DNA of 64,000 nt from Candidatus Borrarchaeum weybense (GCA_019057385.1 JAHQJS010000004.1:514118-578117); one strand, 5' to 3'. Counted from the first letter of the stretch, positions 19,153-28,422 are shown. Notes: generated from the letters alone by a model not told the origin. Translations and numbers: made by a program.

Positions 19153-20310
19153 ATGTCACAAATTATTATGTCTCAGCCTAGAAATCCAGTAACAGCAACT
19201 TATGTGATTTTGGGATCTGCGATAGCCTATGTCATTTTCTGGAACTTCTCACAGGATATAGTGTCCAAACTATTGATCATTTCTGTGATCGGTGGTATGA
19301 TCACATCATCACTTTACTTCTTAGAACCAATCCAGTTCGTAGATAATCGCTATCTTAGAAACAAGTATGAAAAAACCATTCTTCGAGACTTCAAAGAATA
19401 TACTGAGGTCACATTTGAAAACACCTTTAAAGAACCGTATTTCGATGCCGACAGGAATAATATTTATGGATCGCTTTATCTTTCTTTGGCGATCTGCGTA
19501 GGCGCTGTAGGTACGATATTCATAAATCCCTCTGTTCCCATTTGGATTCCAGTAATTTCACTTTTTATCACATTAACATTGTTAATTAACGGCATCTACT
19601 TGATTACGCTAAGGACAGAAAAAATAGAATTGGTTCACTACATACTCTCCTTAGAGAGATACACCTTAATGGAGAAAAGTGATATAGGCTATCCTTACGC
19701 TCCTATAGAGAAAATCAAGATTGAACTTGCTTCACGGAGGTGGGTATCTGCACGCAACATCCTTAAGCAACACACTGAAACCGTATATGCTAGATTAAGA
19801 AACATTCGTTCCAAATTACAAGGGAATAAATGGAGATGGCAAAATACCAAAATCACAGTTGAAGAAATAAAGAAAGGATTTGGGAGTAACTCTCCTTTTG
19901 AAGATGAAGTTAAGTCATATTTGAGTAATGCCAAATTAGGCAGGACATGGCTTTTTCTCCTTGATTTAGATCTCCGTGAGTTTTCTAAGAAACTTGATGA
20001 ATTGGCTAGTTTCTTACAAGCAAAAAAAATGGATCTTGTATCGATCTTACATTCTAAAACTATAATCAAAATTATGGAAAGCAAGAAAAAAGATCTATCA
20101 TATTTCTATAGTGATGAGACGTTTAGCCCAGATAAGGAGGTCAATTACAGAAATCTCCAGGAAAGTTTAACGGGCGATGATATTCCGTCTCTTATTGAGG
20201 TTAAAGAAGCCATTATAGCAATTAAAGGACTTAAACCGACTTTTGATGAAATAATTCAGAAGATTGAGGCAGTAGAAGATGTTCATTTAACAGTTAAAAA
20301 AAATGATTGA
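19153..20310 (+). CDS. Hypothetical membrane protein (4 N-terminal TM helices and a helical cytoplasmic domain)
   Basis: It starts 18 nt after the preceding gene, so the two are a probable operon. Confidence 0.5.
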   Translation: MSQIIMSQPRNPVTATYVILGSAIAYVIFWNFSQDIVSKLLIISVIGGMITSSLYFLEPIQFVDNRYLRNKYEKTILRDFKEYTEVTFENTFKEPYFDADRNNIYGSLYLSLAICVGAVGTIFINPSVPIWIPVISLFITLTLLINGIYLITLRTEKIELVHYILSLERYTLMEKSDIGYPYAPIEKIKIELASRRWVSARNILKQHTETVYARLRNIRSKLQGNKWRWQNTKITVEEIKKGFGSNSPFEDEVKSYLSNAKLGRTWLFLLDLDLREFSKKLDELASFLQAKKMDLVSILHSKTIIKIMESKKKDLSYFYSDETFSPDKEVNYRNLQESLTGDDIPSLIEVKEAIIAIKGLKPTFDEIIQKIEAVEDVHLTVKKND

Positions 20311-20454
20311 ATTAAGGTTCACCAATTTGTGCATAATTCGTAACATTATCATAGAAAAAGATAAATTTAATATGGTGAAACATTTCCTATTTCACAATCA
20401 CAACTTATTCTTAGCGGGTTATTAGCAAGAGGTCATTTTTGGAGTAGATATGTC

Positions 20455-21501
20455 GTGACACAGACCGGAACACAGACAGGAATTAAGAAGGTGAGCAAGA
20501 AAAGATTATTTGCAGTATCACTAATTTCTATTGCCTTACTTGCCTTCCTTCTGTGGTATATTGGAATCGACTCAATTATTACGGTTATCAGTACAGCAGA
20601 TCCAAGATATCTTGCTCTTGCCTTAATAGTTGAGCCATTCATTTTATTAGTAAGAGCCCATAGGTGGAAACTCATAGTTGCCAATCTTGGCTACCCTAAA
20701 TTAGGACTTAAAAAAGCCTCTCTGCTATATTTGACAGGATTATATGGAGGAAGTTTCACCCCTTCAAAGCTAGGAGATCTTTTAAGGGCTTATCTCTTAG
20801 CAAGAGATTCAGATAGTAGTGTACGTGTTCCAGCTGGAAAAGCGGTTTTCTCAATCGTACTTGATAGAGTTTTCGATGTTATTTCTTTAATTACCATCGT
20901 GTTAGTTGGTGTACCACTATTTTTTGTAGGGTCACTTGCTGATTTTCAATATATCCTTTTGATTGGCGTAATCATGGCTGGATTATTGATTGGCCTTTCT
21001 TTTCTACTCTTTAGTGAAAGATATGGAGAAAAGGTGATTAATCTATTTGCCACACCTATACTCAAAATGATTGGAGGCGTTTTCAAAGAAAAACAGAGAG
21101 ATACAACATCGAAAATTTTCGATCAATTCTCTGAGAGTGTTAGCACTTTTCGTGATAAAAAAGTCTTCTTAGTAGGTGTGTATCTTTATTCCTTAGCAAT
21201 TTGGGTTTCTACATGTGGTCAAGCATATTTAGTGTTAGCAGCGCTACAACCAAACCTACCTAACGTTCTACATTTTATTACGATTTTTCCTCTATCGATG
21301 TTTGCTGCATTAGTCCCTGTGACGATTTCTGGATTAGGAACTCGTGAAGCTGCTATGGTAGTTATTATGTCAATCATTGGAGTAAATGCTGTGACAGCAT
21401 TCATCTTGTCTATTACTTTTGCCTTTGTTTCATTATGGATTCCTGCAATATGTGGAGGCATTTATGTTACAGTTAGATCGATAGAAAAAATAGGTGAATG
21501 A
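20455..21501 (+). CDS. Flippase-like membrane protein (UPF0104 / lysylphosphatidylglycerol synthase TM-region family)
   Basis: About 8 TM helices and GGSFTPSKLGDLLRAYLL, which is typical of this family. Confidence 0.6.
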   Translation: MTQTGTQTGIKKVSKKRLFAVSLISIALLAFLLWYIGIDSIITVISTADPRYLALALIVEPFILLVRAHRWKLIVANLGYPKLGLKKASLLYLTGLYGGSFTPSKLGDLLRAYLLARDSDSSVRVPAGKAVFSIVLDRVFDVISLITIVLVGVPLFFVGSLADFQYILLIGVIMAGLLIGLSFLLFSERYGEKVINLFATPILKMIGGVFKEKQRDTTSKIFDQFSESVSTFRDKKVFLVGVYLYSLAIWVSTCGQAYLVLAALQPNLPNVLHFITIFPLSMFAALVPVTISGLGTREAAMVVIMSIIGVNAVTAFILSITFAFVSLWIPAICGGIYVTVRSIEKIGE

Positions 21502-21644
21502 AGTTACTCATTGAAATCGCCACTGGGGCGATTTAGGGTAGAGTAACTAACTTTATGATCATCTCGCTGCATAGACTTGTACAATTTAGTTTGTCATCTA
21601 ATTCCGAACATTCTGTAAACTTCATTATTAAATCTCCTCTATCT

Positions 21645-21938
21645 TTACAACATTGGCATAAAGACGTCGCTTAATAGCATCTTCTGTACAGCCTTACAGG
21701 TCAGCGTTTTTGAGATTGCACATTTTTCTTCTTCATTGCGGAATAAACAATGAAGTTCCAAAACAATATTCCATGTCTTTTTTTGTAAAACGTTCATCTC
21801 CTGAAGTATTCTAATGAGCAGGCTAATTTCACGTCATTCTTCCTTGTATTTGTCATAAACACCTTTAGCTTTGTCTAAATTGCTATATTCGTATTTTTCG
21901 AAAACATCTAAATATAATAATCCTACGAATCTCTTCAT
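21645..21938 (-). pseudogene. Small helical ORF interrupted by a single in-frame TGA (34 aa + TGA + 62 aa)
   Basis: A strong GGAGG SD lies 8 nt before the ATG at 21938. The in-frame TGA is at 21834-21836 and the reading frame continues to a TAA at 21645-21647. Confidence 0.35.
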
Positions 21939-21973
21939 GTCGTTTTCCTCCAAAAAATGTTTTAAACCGAAAT

Positions 21974-22012
21974 GAGCGCCCCCGTCGGGATTCGAACCCG
22001 CAATCTGCCGCA
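21974..22012 (-). tRNA. tRNA 3' half (T-arm plus 3' acceptor strand); the 5' half is not identifiable next to it
   Basis: The minus strand reads GCGGGTTCGAATCCCGA-CGGGGGC-G, a canonical GTTCGAATC T-loop. A possible 5' piece (GCGCCCATAATCTCAAGTTAGGCAGAG, about 22133-22160) does not pair cleanly with the acceptor strand. Confidence 0.45.
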
Positions 22013-22186
22013 AGATAAATCGTCATCAAACGTTTCTTGGGCGATCAATCTTCAAAACGTTCTAGTGAAGCATCTATCATACACAGTACGCAAGAAACAA
22101 TCTCATTCTTGCAATATCGAAAATTTCTTTAGAACTCTGCCTAACTTGAGATTATGGGCGCATGTTTAAAAAAAAGAAATAGAGCG

Positions 22187-24325
22187 TTACGTATAGTATA
22201 TTGGCTGCGTTATATCGTCGCTACTTACACATGGTTGTACATTCAACCTGTTTGCCATATTCACCGCGTCCTCTGGAGTGCCATAATAGATATAAAATCC
22301 GTATATCGCCTCTGGACGTGCGTTGTCTTCTTTAAAGTAAATATTGTTGCTATCTAAAATAACTGATGTATATCTAGTTGTCTGAACGCTTATTAAACTA
22401 ACATTGTTTCCTAGATAAATCCAGCCATTAGATAAAAATAATTGACATTCTTTCGCCATAAAATCGCGTAAATTGAATATTCGTCCATTTGACATTGGTG
22501 AATATGCTATGGCGTCATCTGTTACGTTGAAATATACCCTATTTGCAACGATGTCGGATGTATTTAACTCTAGTGTTACGTAATATAATTTATCATTATA
22601 TTTGGTAACGTCTAATGTATAATTCTTAAATGAACATGTAACGTTGATTGGTAGTTCTCCTGCTGTTCCCTCAGGCGTCGTCGGATTATAGTATAATGTA
22701 TTTGTGCGTGTATCAATTACAACTGGTTGAGTAATATCTAACGATTGTAATAATGAATCTACAATCTTCTCCGATTCTGTAATAACATAGTTGCTGTAAT
22801 CTATCGAATATTCTACTTCACACTCTCTTGGAGTCCATCCTGTTGAATCGGATACCTCAGCAAGAAGTAGTATCTTCCATAATTTATTTATATCTTCCTG
22901 TATCGATGTATTAACGCCAGAAATGTTTGACACGTACTTAAATGTCGCCTCAGCCGATAGTAATGATGTTCTGGCTTGATACCGTAATGTCATTATTTCG
23001 ACATCTCGTTCATATCTATTGCGCTCTTCTCCCGACCATAAATAATTGCCGCCTTGAGTGACACATGGAATTTCTGGAATCTGTTTAACTGGTATATTTC
23101 TTTCTAAGCATACATCAACTAATTGCGAAATCGTTAAATATTGCGAATTGCGGCTATCGTAATCTCGTAATATATCTTCATACCTATGTTGCTTCTCTTT
23201 GACGTATGTGAAATCGTTCTTATTTTGATATGTATTAACTTGCTCTCCATCGTCGTAATACAACCACTTATATCCGAACGGTTCCGTAGTGCTATTATCG
23301 TCTATTTTAACGTCCCTGTTGAAAATTATGTAGGAATCGTTATTTGATTGGCAAAGTCCGTAATGTTTAAATGTATCGTTTGCATCTATATTATAATAAT
23401 TATTATAAGTAGCCGTTATCATTACCAAAGTTGTATATCCATAATCTTTCATAATTTCTTTTAATGCGGGTGAATACTGCCACTCCTGACAGCCAAATAT
23501 AGGACTTCGCGTAAGATTATATTTTTTTAATATTTCATCTGATATTTCAATTGATTTCCTTAATTCTAATTCGGGGTACGCAATAAAAAGTTGATCGGAA
23601 TAATGCGTAACAACTAACTCCAACTGACCCCGATCATGTAGTTTTTTAAACAACTCGAAAACATCGGGGTATTTTTCAGCCATGAGTTCTATACCTAAAC
23701 TTTGTATTTCGAATGTGAACGCGTATTTGGGATATCTCTCATACATCAAAAGTAAGTTTCTGATAGATCCGTTAACGATACGTTCTTCTGATATAGGATC
23801 GCCCGCTCTAAACTGCGGGTTAAAATGAAAATATGATACATAAAATTCTGCCTTATTTAATGGTACAGAATGGGTAGATGTTGTATGTGCGATAATGCTT
23901 ACTACTTTTTTATATACATTAGAAACGCCATATACCTCATAGTATAGCACATATATATTTTCGCCAGCGTTCTCAACAATTGTTTTGCGTGCAACCTCTG
24001 ATTTACCCCAAGAAGTTAGTATAACTATCTGAGTATCTACAGGCTTTGGTGTTGCGTTTGATTCGTCAACAATTTTTAATGTTACATGTTCTGGCTTATC
24101 TGATACAGAATGTAGTCTAATGTTTAATGTAATATCATCCCCAACTGTAACATAATCATCTACATCAGTTGTAAAATCGTCGATGACTATTGAATTTGAG
24201 GTATTAACGCCAACCATTTTAAATGCTAACATTTGCGTAGTGAATACGCTAGAAAGGATTACAAACGCGAGAATGCACAGAGGAATAACCGTAGGCGGTA
24301 TTATCCTATATGGCGCACAATGCAT
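22187..24325 (-). CDS. Secreted or membrane-anchored carbohydrate-active protein, GH57-like
   Basis: It has an N-terminal signal/TM segment. YFHFNPQF, RGQLELVVTHYSDQLF and FGCQEWQYSPALKEIMKDYGY resemble GH57 barrel motifs. Confidence 0.4.
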   Translation of the reverse strand: MHCAPYRIIPPTVIPLCILAFVILSSVFTTQMLAFKMVGVNTSNSIVIDDFTTDVDDYVTVGDDITLNIRLHSVSDKPEHVTLKIVDESNATPKPVDTQIVILTSWGKSEVARKTIVENAGENIYVLYYEVYGVSNVYKKVVSIIAHTTSTHSVPLNKAEFYVSYFHFNPQFRAGDPISEERIVNGSIRNLLLMYERYPKYAFTFEIQSLGIELMAEKYPDVFELFKKLHDRGQLELVVTHYSDQLFIAYPELELRKSIEISDEILKKYNLTRSPIFGCQEWQYSPALKEIMKDYGYTTLVMITATYNNYYNIDANDTFKHYGLCQSNNDSYIIFNRDVKIDDNSTTEPFGYKWLYYDDGEQVNTYQNKNDFTYVKEKQHRYEDILRDYDSRNSQYLTISQLVDVCLERNIPVKQIPEIPCVTQGGNYLWSGEERNRYERDVEIMTLRYQARTSLLSAEATFKYVSNISGVNTSIQEDINKLWKILLLAEVSDSTGWTPRECEVEYSIDYSNYVITESEKIVDSLLQSLDITQPVVIDTRTNTLYYNPTTPEGTAGELPINVTCSFKNYTLDVTKYNDKLYYVTLELNTSDIVANRVYFNVTDDAIAYSPMSNGRIFNLRDFMAKECQLFLSNGWIYLGNNVSLISVQTTRYTSVILDSNNIYFKEDNARPEAIYGFYIYYGTPEDAVNMANRLNVQPCVSSDDITQPIYYT

Positions 24326-24334
24326 TATTTTCCC

Positions 24335-24592
24335 TCATGTCATATGCAGTTCAGCAAGATAAATCCTTTTCGAATCTCTTGCATTTCTTAAATACTGCGT
24401 GTTTTCTTGTTGTAGAACCTGTACCTGTCCAGTAAAAACAGACGTAAATAATAAATAAAGAAAAAATAAAGATGAAAATTTTAATACATTATTTTGATAT
24501 CTTGCGTCTTGTAATAATTGCTTGCCTTTATGTTGGGTGGTAGGCATGAGCGGTTGACCTCTCATGTTTACCACATAGATAGGTACTCTCAA
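24335..24592 (-). pseudogene. Remnant of an IscB-like (IS200/IS605 OMEGA) nuclease; only the N-terminal PLMP segment survives
   Basis: A TTG start follows an AAAGGAGGAG SD. VPIYVVNMRGQPLMPTTQHKGKQLLQDAR matches the IscB/RRXRR N-terminal pattern (V-x-D/N-x-x-G-x-PLMP...LL). Beyond about residue 35 the sequence is AT-rich nonsense with no RuvC or HNH domain. Confidence 0.6.
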
Positions 24593-24595
24593 ATC

Positions 24596-24862
24596 CTATC
24601 TCCTCCTTTAACCTGCGTTACAGGAGGTCGGTTCTCCTCGCCAAAGTTATCAGTCAGTACTCTACGATGATCACTGAGCGTTTCCTCTCTGTTTAAACCA
24701 CCGTTTACAGAGCAAGGGACTAGAGAAGCATCCCTTGGTGTGTTCTTTAACTCTCCTGATAACGTAGATACCGTCATACACTATATGACCTCTCTTAGGC
24801 TAATCAACTAATTGCTCTCAGGTCTCACGGAACAAGCCCCTACCCTTTAGGGTGGTGGGGTA
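24596..24862 (-). ncRNA. Structured leader in the canonical omega-RNA (HEARO-like) position upstream of the IscB remnant
   Basis: GC content is locally higher and there is no credible ORF. Hairpins are dense: GUCAUA/UAUGAC, CAAGGGA/UCCCUUG, CUCUGU/ACAGAG, AGGAG/CUCCU and CCUG/CAGG. The leader ends at the SD of the PLMP ORF. Confidence 0.6.
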
Positions 24863-24869
24863 ATTGACT

Positions 24870-25637
24870 CTATGTTCGTTTCTTTTTGTAAGAGCGCCTA
24901 TATTTTTCGAAGTCAACAGAATCGTATACTTCTGCCATTTTGAAGAATATTGGGAAGAATTTTGCAACTTCAATGTCTTTGCTGATAAAGAAGATTGCGT
25001 TCAAACTGGATTGAGCCTCTTCATGATGTATAGCGAACCGCTTAATGTGGTCTCTGTATTTCAATAGAATTGCCCTTAATTGCTGCCCTTCTTTTGCAAG
25101 AAAGAGAGATCTAGCTGAGTACACCTCTGAACTTTTAACTAAAAATGCAGCATCAAATTTTTTGTCGATTTTAACAGTTTCAAGGTCAACTATTTCCTTG
25201 AACAAATCCTTTATGAGATGTTCTTCTTTTGGAATTACTTCTATCGTGATTGTTGCAGTCTTGCGAAGCGTTCCCATAAAAGCAAGTTTGTCTTGATCTT
25301 TTTGAAAATGATTAATTATTGGATGTAGTAGATTTTCACGATTCAATAAAACTAAGGCGACAGTAATATCTGACATGTATTTCTTTGGCACAGCATTGAT
25401 TCGAAAGCCCGACCCTCCTGCGTCTTCGTATTCCGCCTTTCCTTTCACATACTTTGGAACTACTTCTTCAATCTTTTTTGTGTATTTTTTCTTCAACCTA
25501 CGATTCTTTATAAACCCCACTATTATTGAGACCATAAATATTACGATTAGAGCACCAAAAATGATAATTTGGACGGTTAGAGGTATTGCCTGTATTATCT
25601 GTGCTAAAGCATCAAAAATTCCTTGTATCAGTATCAC
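24870..25637 (-). CDS. Hypothetical membrane-anchored protein (one N-terminal TM region)
   Basis: The ORF has a hydrophobic N-terminus. I recognised no motif. Confidence 0.5.
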   Translation of the reverse strand: MILIQGIFDALAQIIQAIPLTVQIIIFGALIVIFMVSIIVGFIKNRRLKKKYTKKIEEVVPKYVKGKAEYEDAGGSGFRINAVPKKYMSDITVALVLLNRENLLHPIINHFQKDQDKLAFMGTLRKTATITIEVIPKEEHLIKDLFKEIVDLETVKIDKKFDAAFLVKSSEVYSARSLFLAKEGQQLRAILLKYRDHIKRFAIHHEEAQSSLNAIFFISKDIEVAKFFPIFFKMAEVYDSVDFEKYRRSYKKKRT

Positions 25638-25870
25638 GCTCCTGATAAAATCGAATTCTTTGATGACTGCCTATAATTATAAAACCTACTGTTGAAGTTG
25701 AAATACTTATAACTACATAAGCAAACTTTTTTGAAAGATTTCATATGAAAGGAGGCATCAGGAATAGAGAAAAGCTTTTGAAAAAAATCTTACCAGCGAT
25801 TGTGGGAATTACTGTAATAATCTTTCTGTCTTACATGGCAGGAAATCCCTTTTTGCCAAGAAGAGGTAGT

Positions 25871-26416
25871 TTAGAGAGGGCATGTAAATAAAAGCGCATC
25901 TTCTCCATCGCGATAGTATCCTGGAAGTACTTTCTTCTCCACATACCCTATTTTTTGATACAAGTTTACGGCCTCAATATTAGATTCTCTTACCTCCAAA
26001 AAACTCTCAGAGGCTCCATATTCTTTAAATCCCTCCAATGCTTCTTCTAAAAGTCTAGTTGCTATTCCTTTTCGTCGATATTTTTCAATAATTGCTATTG
26101 ATACAATATGCCCTTTCTTAGTTAATTTGTAGCCTTTAAGGCTAGAAAAACCACGTTCTACTCTACCCATTACGTAACCGATAAGTGTATTCGTTTCAAT
26201 ATCCTCTGCTACAATGAATGCCTTCGGAAAACTTTCATAAAGACTCATAAAGAAAAGCCCTGGGTAGTTTTCAGGTAAGCAGGTTCTGTTGATGTGGATC
26301 ACGGACGAGAGGTCCTGAGGTTGAAATAGGCGTATGTGTATTTGTTCCATCGCGCGCGCACCGCTTACATTATCACTCTTAAGCATTCTTATAGCTAATA
26401 GTTGATGACCACTCAA
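25871..26416 (-). CDS. GNAT N-acetyltransferase (RimI / Ard1-like protein N-acetyltransferase)
   Basis: IAIIEKYRRKGIATRLL is acetyl-CoA binding motif A (R-x-x-G-x-A). A more likely start is MEQIHIRLF at 26350. Confidence 0.8.
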   Translation of the reverse strand: MSGHQLLAIRMLKSDNVSGARAMEQIHIRLFQPQDLSSVIHINRTCLPENYPGLFFMSLYESFPKAFIVAEDIETNTLIGYVMGRVERGFSSLKGYKLTKKGHIVSIAIIEKYRRKGIATRLLEEALEGFKEYGASESFLEVRESNIEAVNLYQKIGYVEKKVLPGYYRDGEDALLFTCPL

Positions 26417-26510
26417 GTATTAAAACTGTTTTCCTTTGGCTAATATGATGGTTCCATCCAAAACGTTTTAAATTTTAGTGTATTGTTGAATCTCACGTGA
26501 GGTACCTCAA

Positions 26511-27704
26511 GTGGAAGACATTTCGTTTGATGAATTTGATGAACAAGAAGAAGAAGTTTCGCTCCTTGATGAATTAAGAACGCATGTTGAACAATATTTT
26601 ACTATTAGAAATGCGTTTCAGGAATTCATGCCAACATTCATTGTTGAGGCGACAGAAACAAAGGAAAGCATGAAAGCACTTAAAGAAGATGTTGCAAGTC
26701 TTGGTCTTACGCCCTATCTTAGAAAATATGCATCATATGAACCTCTGCTAGTGCTAAGTTTTTTCAATCTTAATGAACGGGAAACGGGTTTTCCTACTAA
26801 AAACGTTCTTTTATTAATTGCCACAATTGCCACAGTATCACTTGCAGGCTATCTTCACGCAGTCGCCCTACTAACACTTAGGCCAGAGGCCAATCTTATC
26901 TTTGAAATTTTCTTGTTTGTAGTAGCTGTAATGGGAATTATTGGGCTGCACGAAATGGGACATTTCTTCTTATCCAGATGGTATGATATTGACGCCTCAC
27001 TTCCCTATTTTATACCCTCAATTCCTCCGTTTGGCACATTTGGAGCATTCATTTCACTGCGAGAACTTCATCTTAATAGAGACGAATTGTTCGATGTTGG
27101 GGTCTTCGGTCCTGTTTTCGGATTTATCGTCACCATCATTGTTACTTTGTTCGGCATAATGTTATCACCTTTCCTTATGCCAGAAACAATTCAAGCAATT
27201 ACCGAGCAAGGAGGCGGGGATTTTATATCACTCCCTGAACCTCTTCTATTTACTATGCTCATAAATCTGTTAGTCTCAACTGGATTGCTCGTTATTCCTA
27301 CGGGGGCAGTACTTGTACTTCACCCGGTGGCATTTGCTGGTTGGGTTGGTATGTATATAACGGCTCTAAACCTATTCCCGATAACACAATTAGATGGGGG
27401 GCATGTTTCTCGATCACTGTTTGGAGAAAAAGGCCACAGATATGTAGGTATGGTTGCACTAGTAGTTGTATTTGTTGTTTTAGCATTTTTCAATATAGCT
27501 TCTGCTATCATCATTATTATGGTACTGCTGTTTTTCATGAGAGCCCGTCATCCCGGACCATTGGATGACGTTTCCAAATTGAGCTCAAAACGAATTATAG
27601 TTGCGATACTAGCATATGCAATACTTGTTATTTGTATGCCGATTCCTGAGGCTTTTATTGAGTTTCTTATGAACCCCTTCTCCTTTTTTTCACAATTTCT
27701 TTGA
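26511..27704 (+). CDS. Site-2 protease family (M50) intramembrane metalloprotease
   Basis: HEMGHF (HExxH) lies in a TM helix, and NLFPITQLDGGHV is the LDG motif. Confidence 0.8.
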   Translation: MEDISFDEFDEQEEEVSLLDELRTHVEQYFTIRNAFQEFMPTFIVEATETKESMKALKEDVASLGLTPYLRKYASYEPLLVLSFFNLNERETGFPTKNVLLLIATIATVSLAGYLHAVALLTLRPEANLIFEIFLFVVAVMGIIGLHEMGHFFLSRWYDIDASLPYFIPSIPPFGTFGAFISLRELHLNRDELFDVGVFGPVFGFIVTIIVTLFGIMLSPFLMPETIQAITEQGGGDFISLPEPLLFTMLINLLVSTGLLVIPTGAVLVLHPVAFAGWVGMYITALNLFPITQLDGGHVSRSLFGEKGHRYVGMVALVVVFVVLAFFNIASAIIIIMVLLFFMRARHPGPLDDVSKLSSKRIIVAILAYAILVICMPIPEAFIEFLMNPFSFFSQFL

Positions 27705-27983
27705 GCATTTAAGTTTTGTTTTCTTTGTCTACGATCAGTTATTGTGACATTAAATCAGTTATTTCGAACTAATTGTCACTTTAATGTGATATTTTGTAGT
27801 AAAATCATGTTTTATTGGCAAAAATAACTCAAGAATTTTGTCTAGTTTATTTAAGGCTTATTTCATTTTTATCGGCAGATTTTAACCAATAAATATCATT
27901 TTTACTTACAATATCTCCAAATGGGCACCTCTCCAAGGCTTTATAGGAAATGATGTCTTTTTCATCCATACACAAGGGGTTGT

Positions 27984-28403
27984 GTGTTATTGTCATTTGA
28001 TGCAGTCACTATTGATTTCTACAAACCCGAAGGAGACTACCTTCGAAGAGTCGAACCGTTTAAGGATGCTGTTTTTATTACAGCACTTGAAGTCAAGACG
28101 ATTTTCGATGAATTGCACGCTGTTCAGAAACAATTAGTTCGTGCTGATTTCATGTTTCGTTTACTCAAACAATATGAACAACGAGGTTTTGATCCCAACT
28201 TGATTCTTGATCTTATGCAGCAGGTGGTATCTCACTTGTTTCCCTTAAATATCAAGGCCGCTCCCCATGACACCCGACTTCAATTTAGACAAATCAAGAA
28301 TATTGATAATCGCACTATCCTTTTTGGACATGTGGAGGAGCCAAAAAGCAAGGTGCGGAAGATGAAGTTTTCAGGCTGTCCAAGTATCCTCACTTTTGTT
28401 TGA
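27984..28403 (+). CDS. Hypothetical protein
   Basis: ORF only. I recognised no motif. Confidence 0.35.
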   Translation: MLLSFDAVTIDFYKPEGDYLRRVEPFKDAVFITALEVKTIFDELHAVQKQLVRADFMFRLLKQYEQRGFDPNLILDLMQQVVSHLFPLNIKAAPHDTRLQFRQIKNIDNRTILFGHVEEPKSKVRKMKFSGCPSILTFV

Positions 28404-28422
28404 TAGTTCATCTGAATGAATG

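Noticed and set aside
21834-21836. Selenocysteine recoding of the in-frame TGA.
   Set aside because: There is no neighbouring Cys or redox motif, and I recognised no SECIS-like structure downstream. A pseudogene or sequencing error is more parsimonious, so this is kept only as a low-interest finding.
21972-22357. Plus-strand ORFs 21972-22169 and 22154-22357.
   Set aside because: They run through the tRNA fragment and the 3' end of the GH57-like gene. Their composition is not protein-like.
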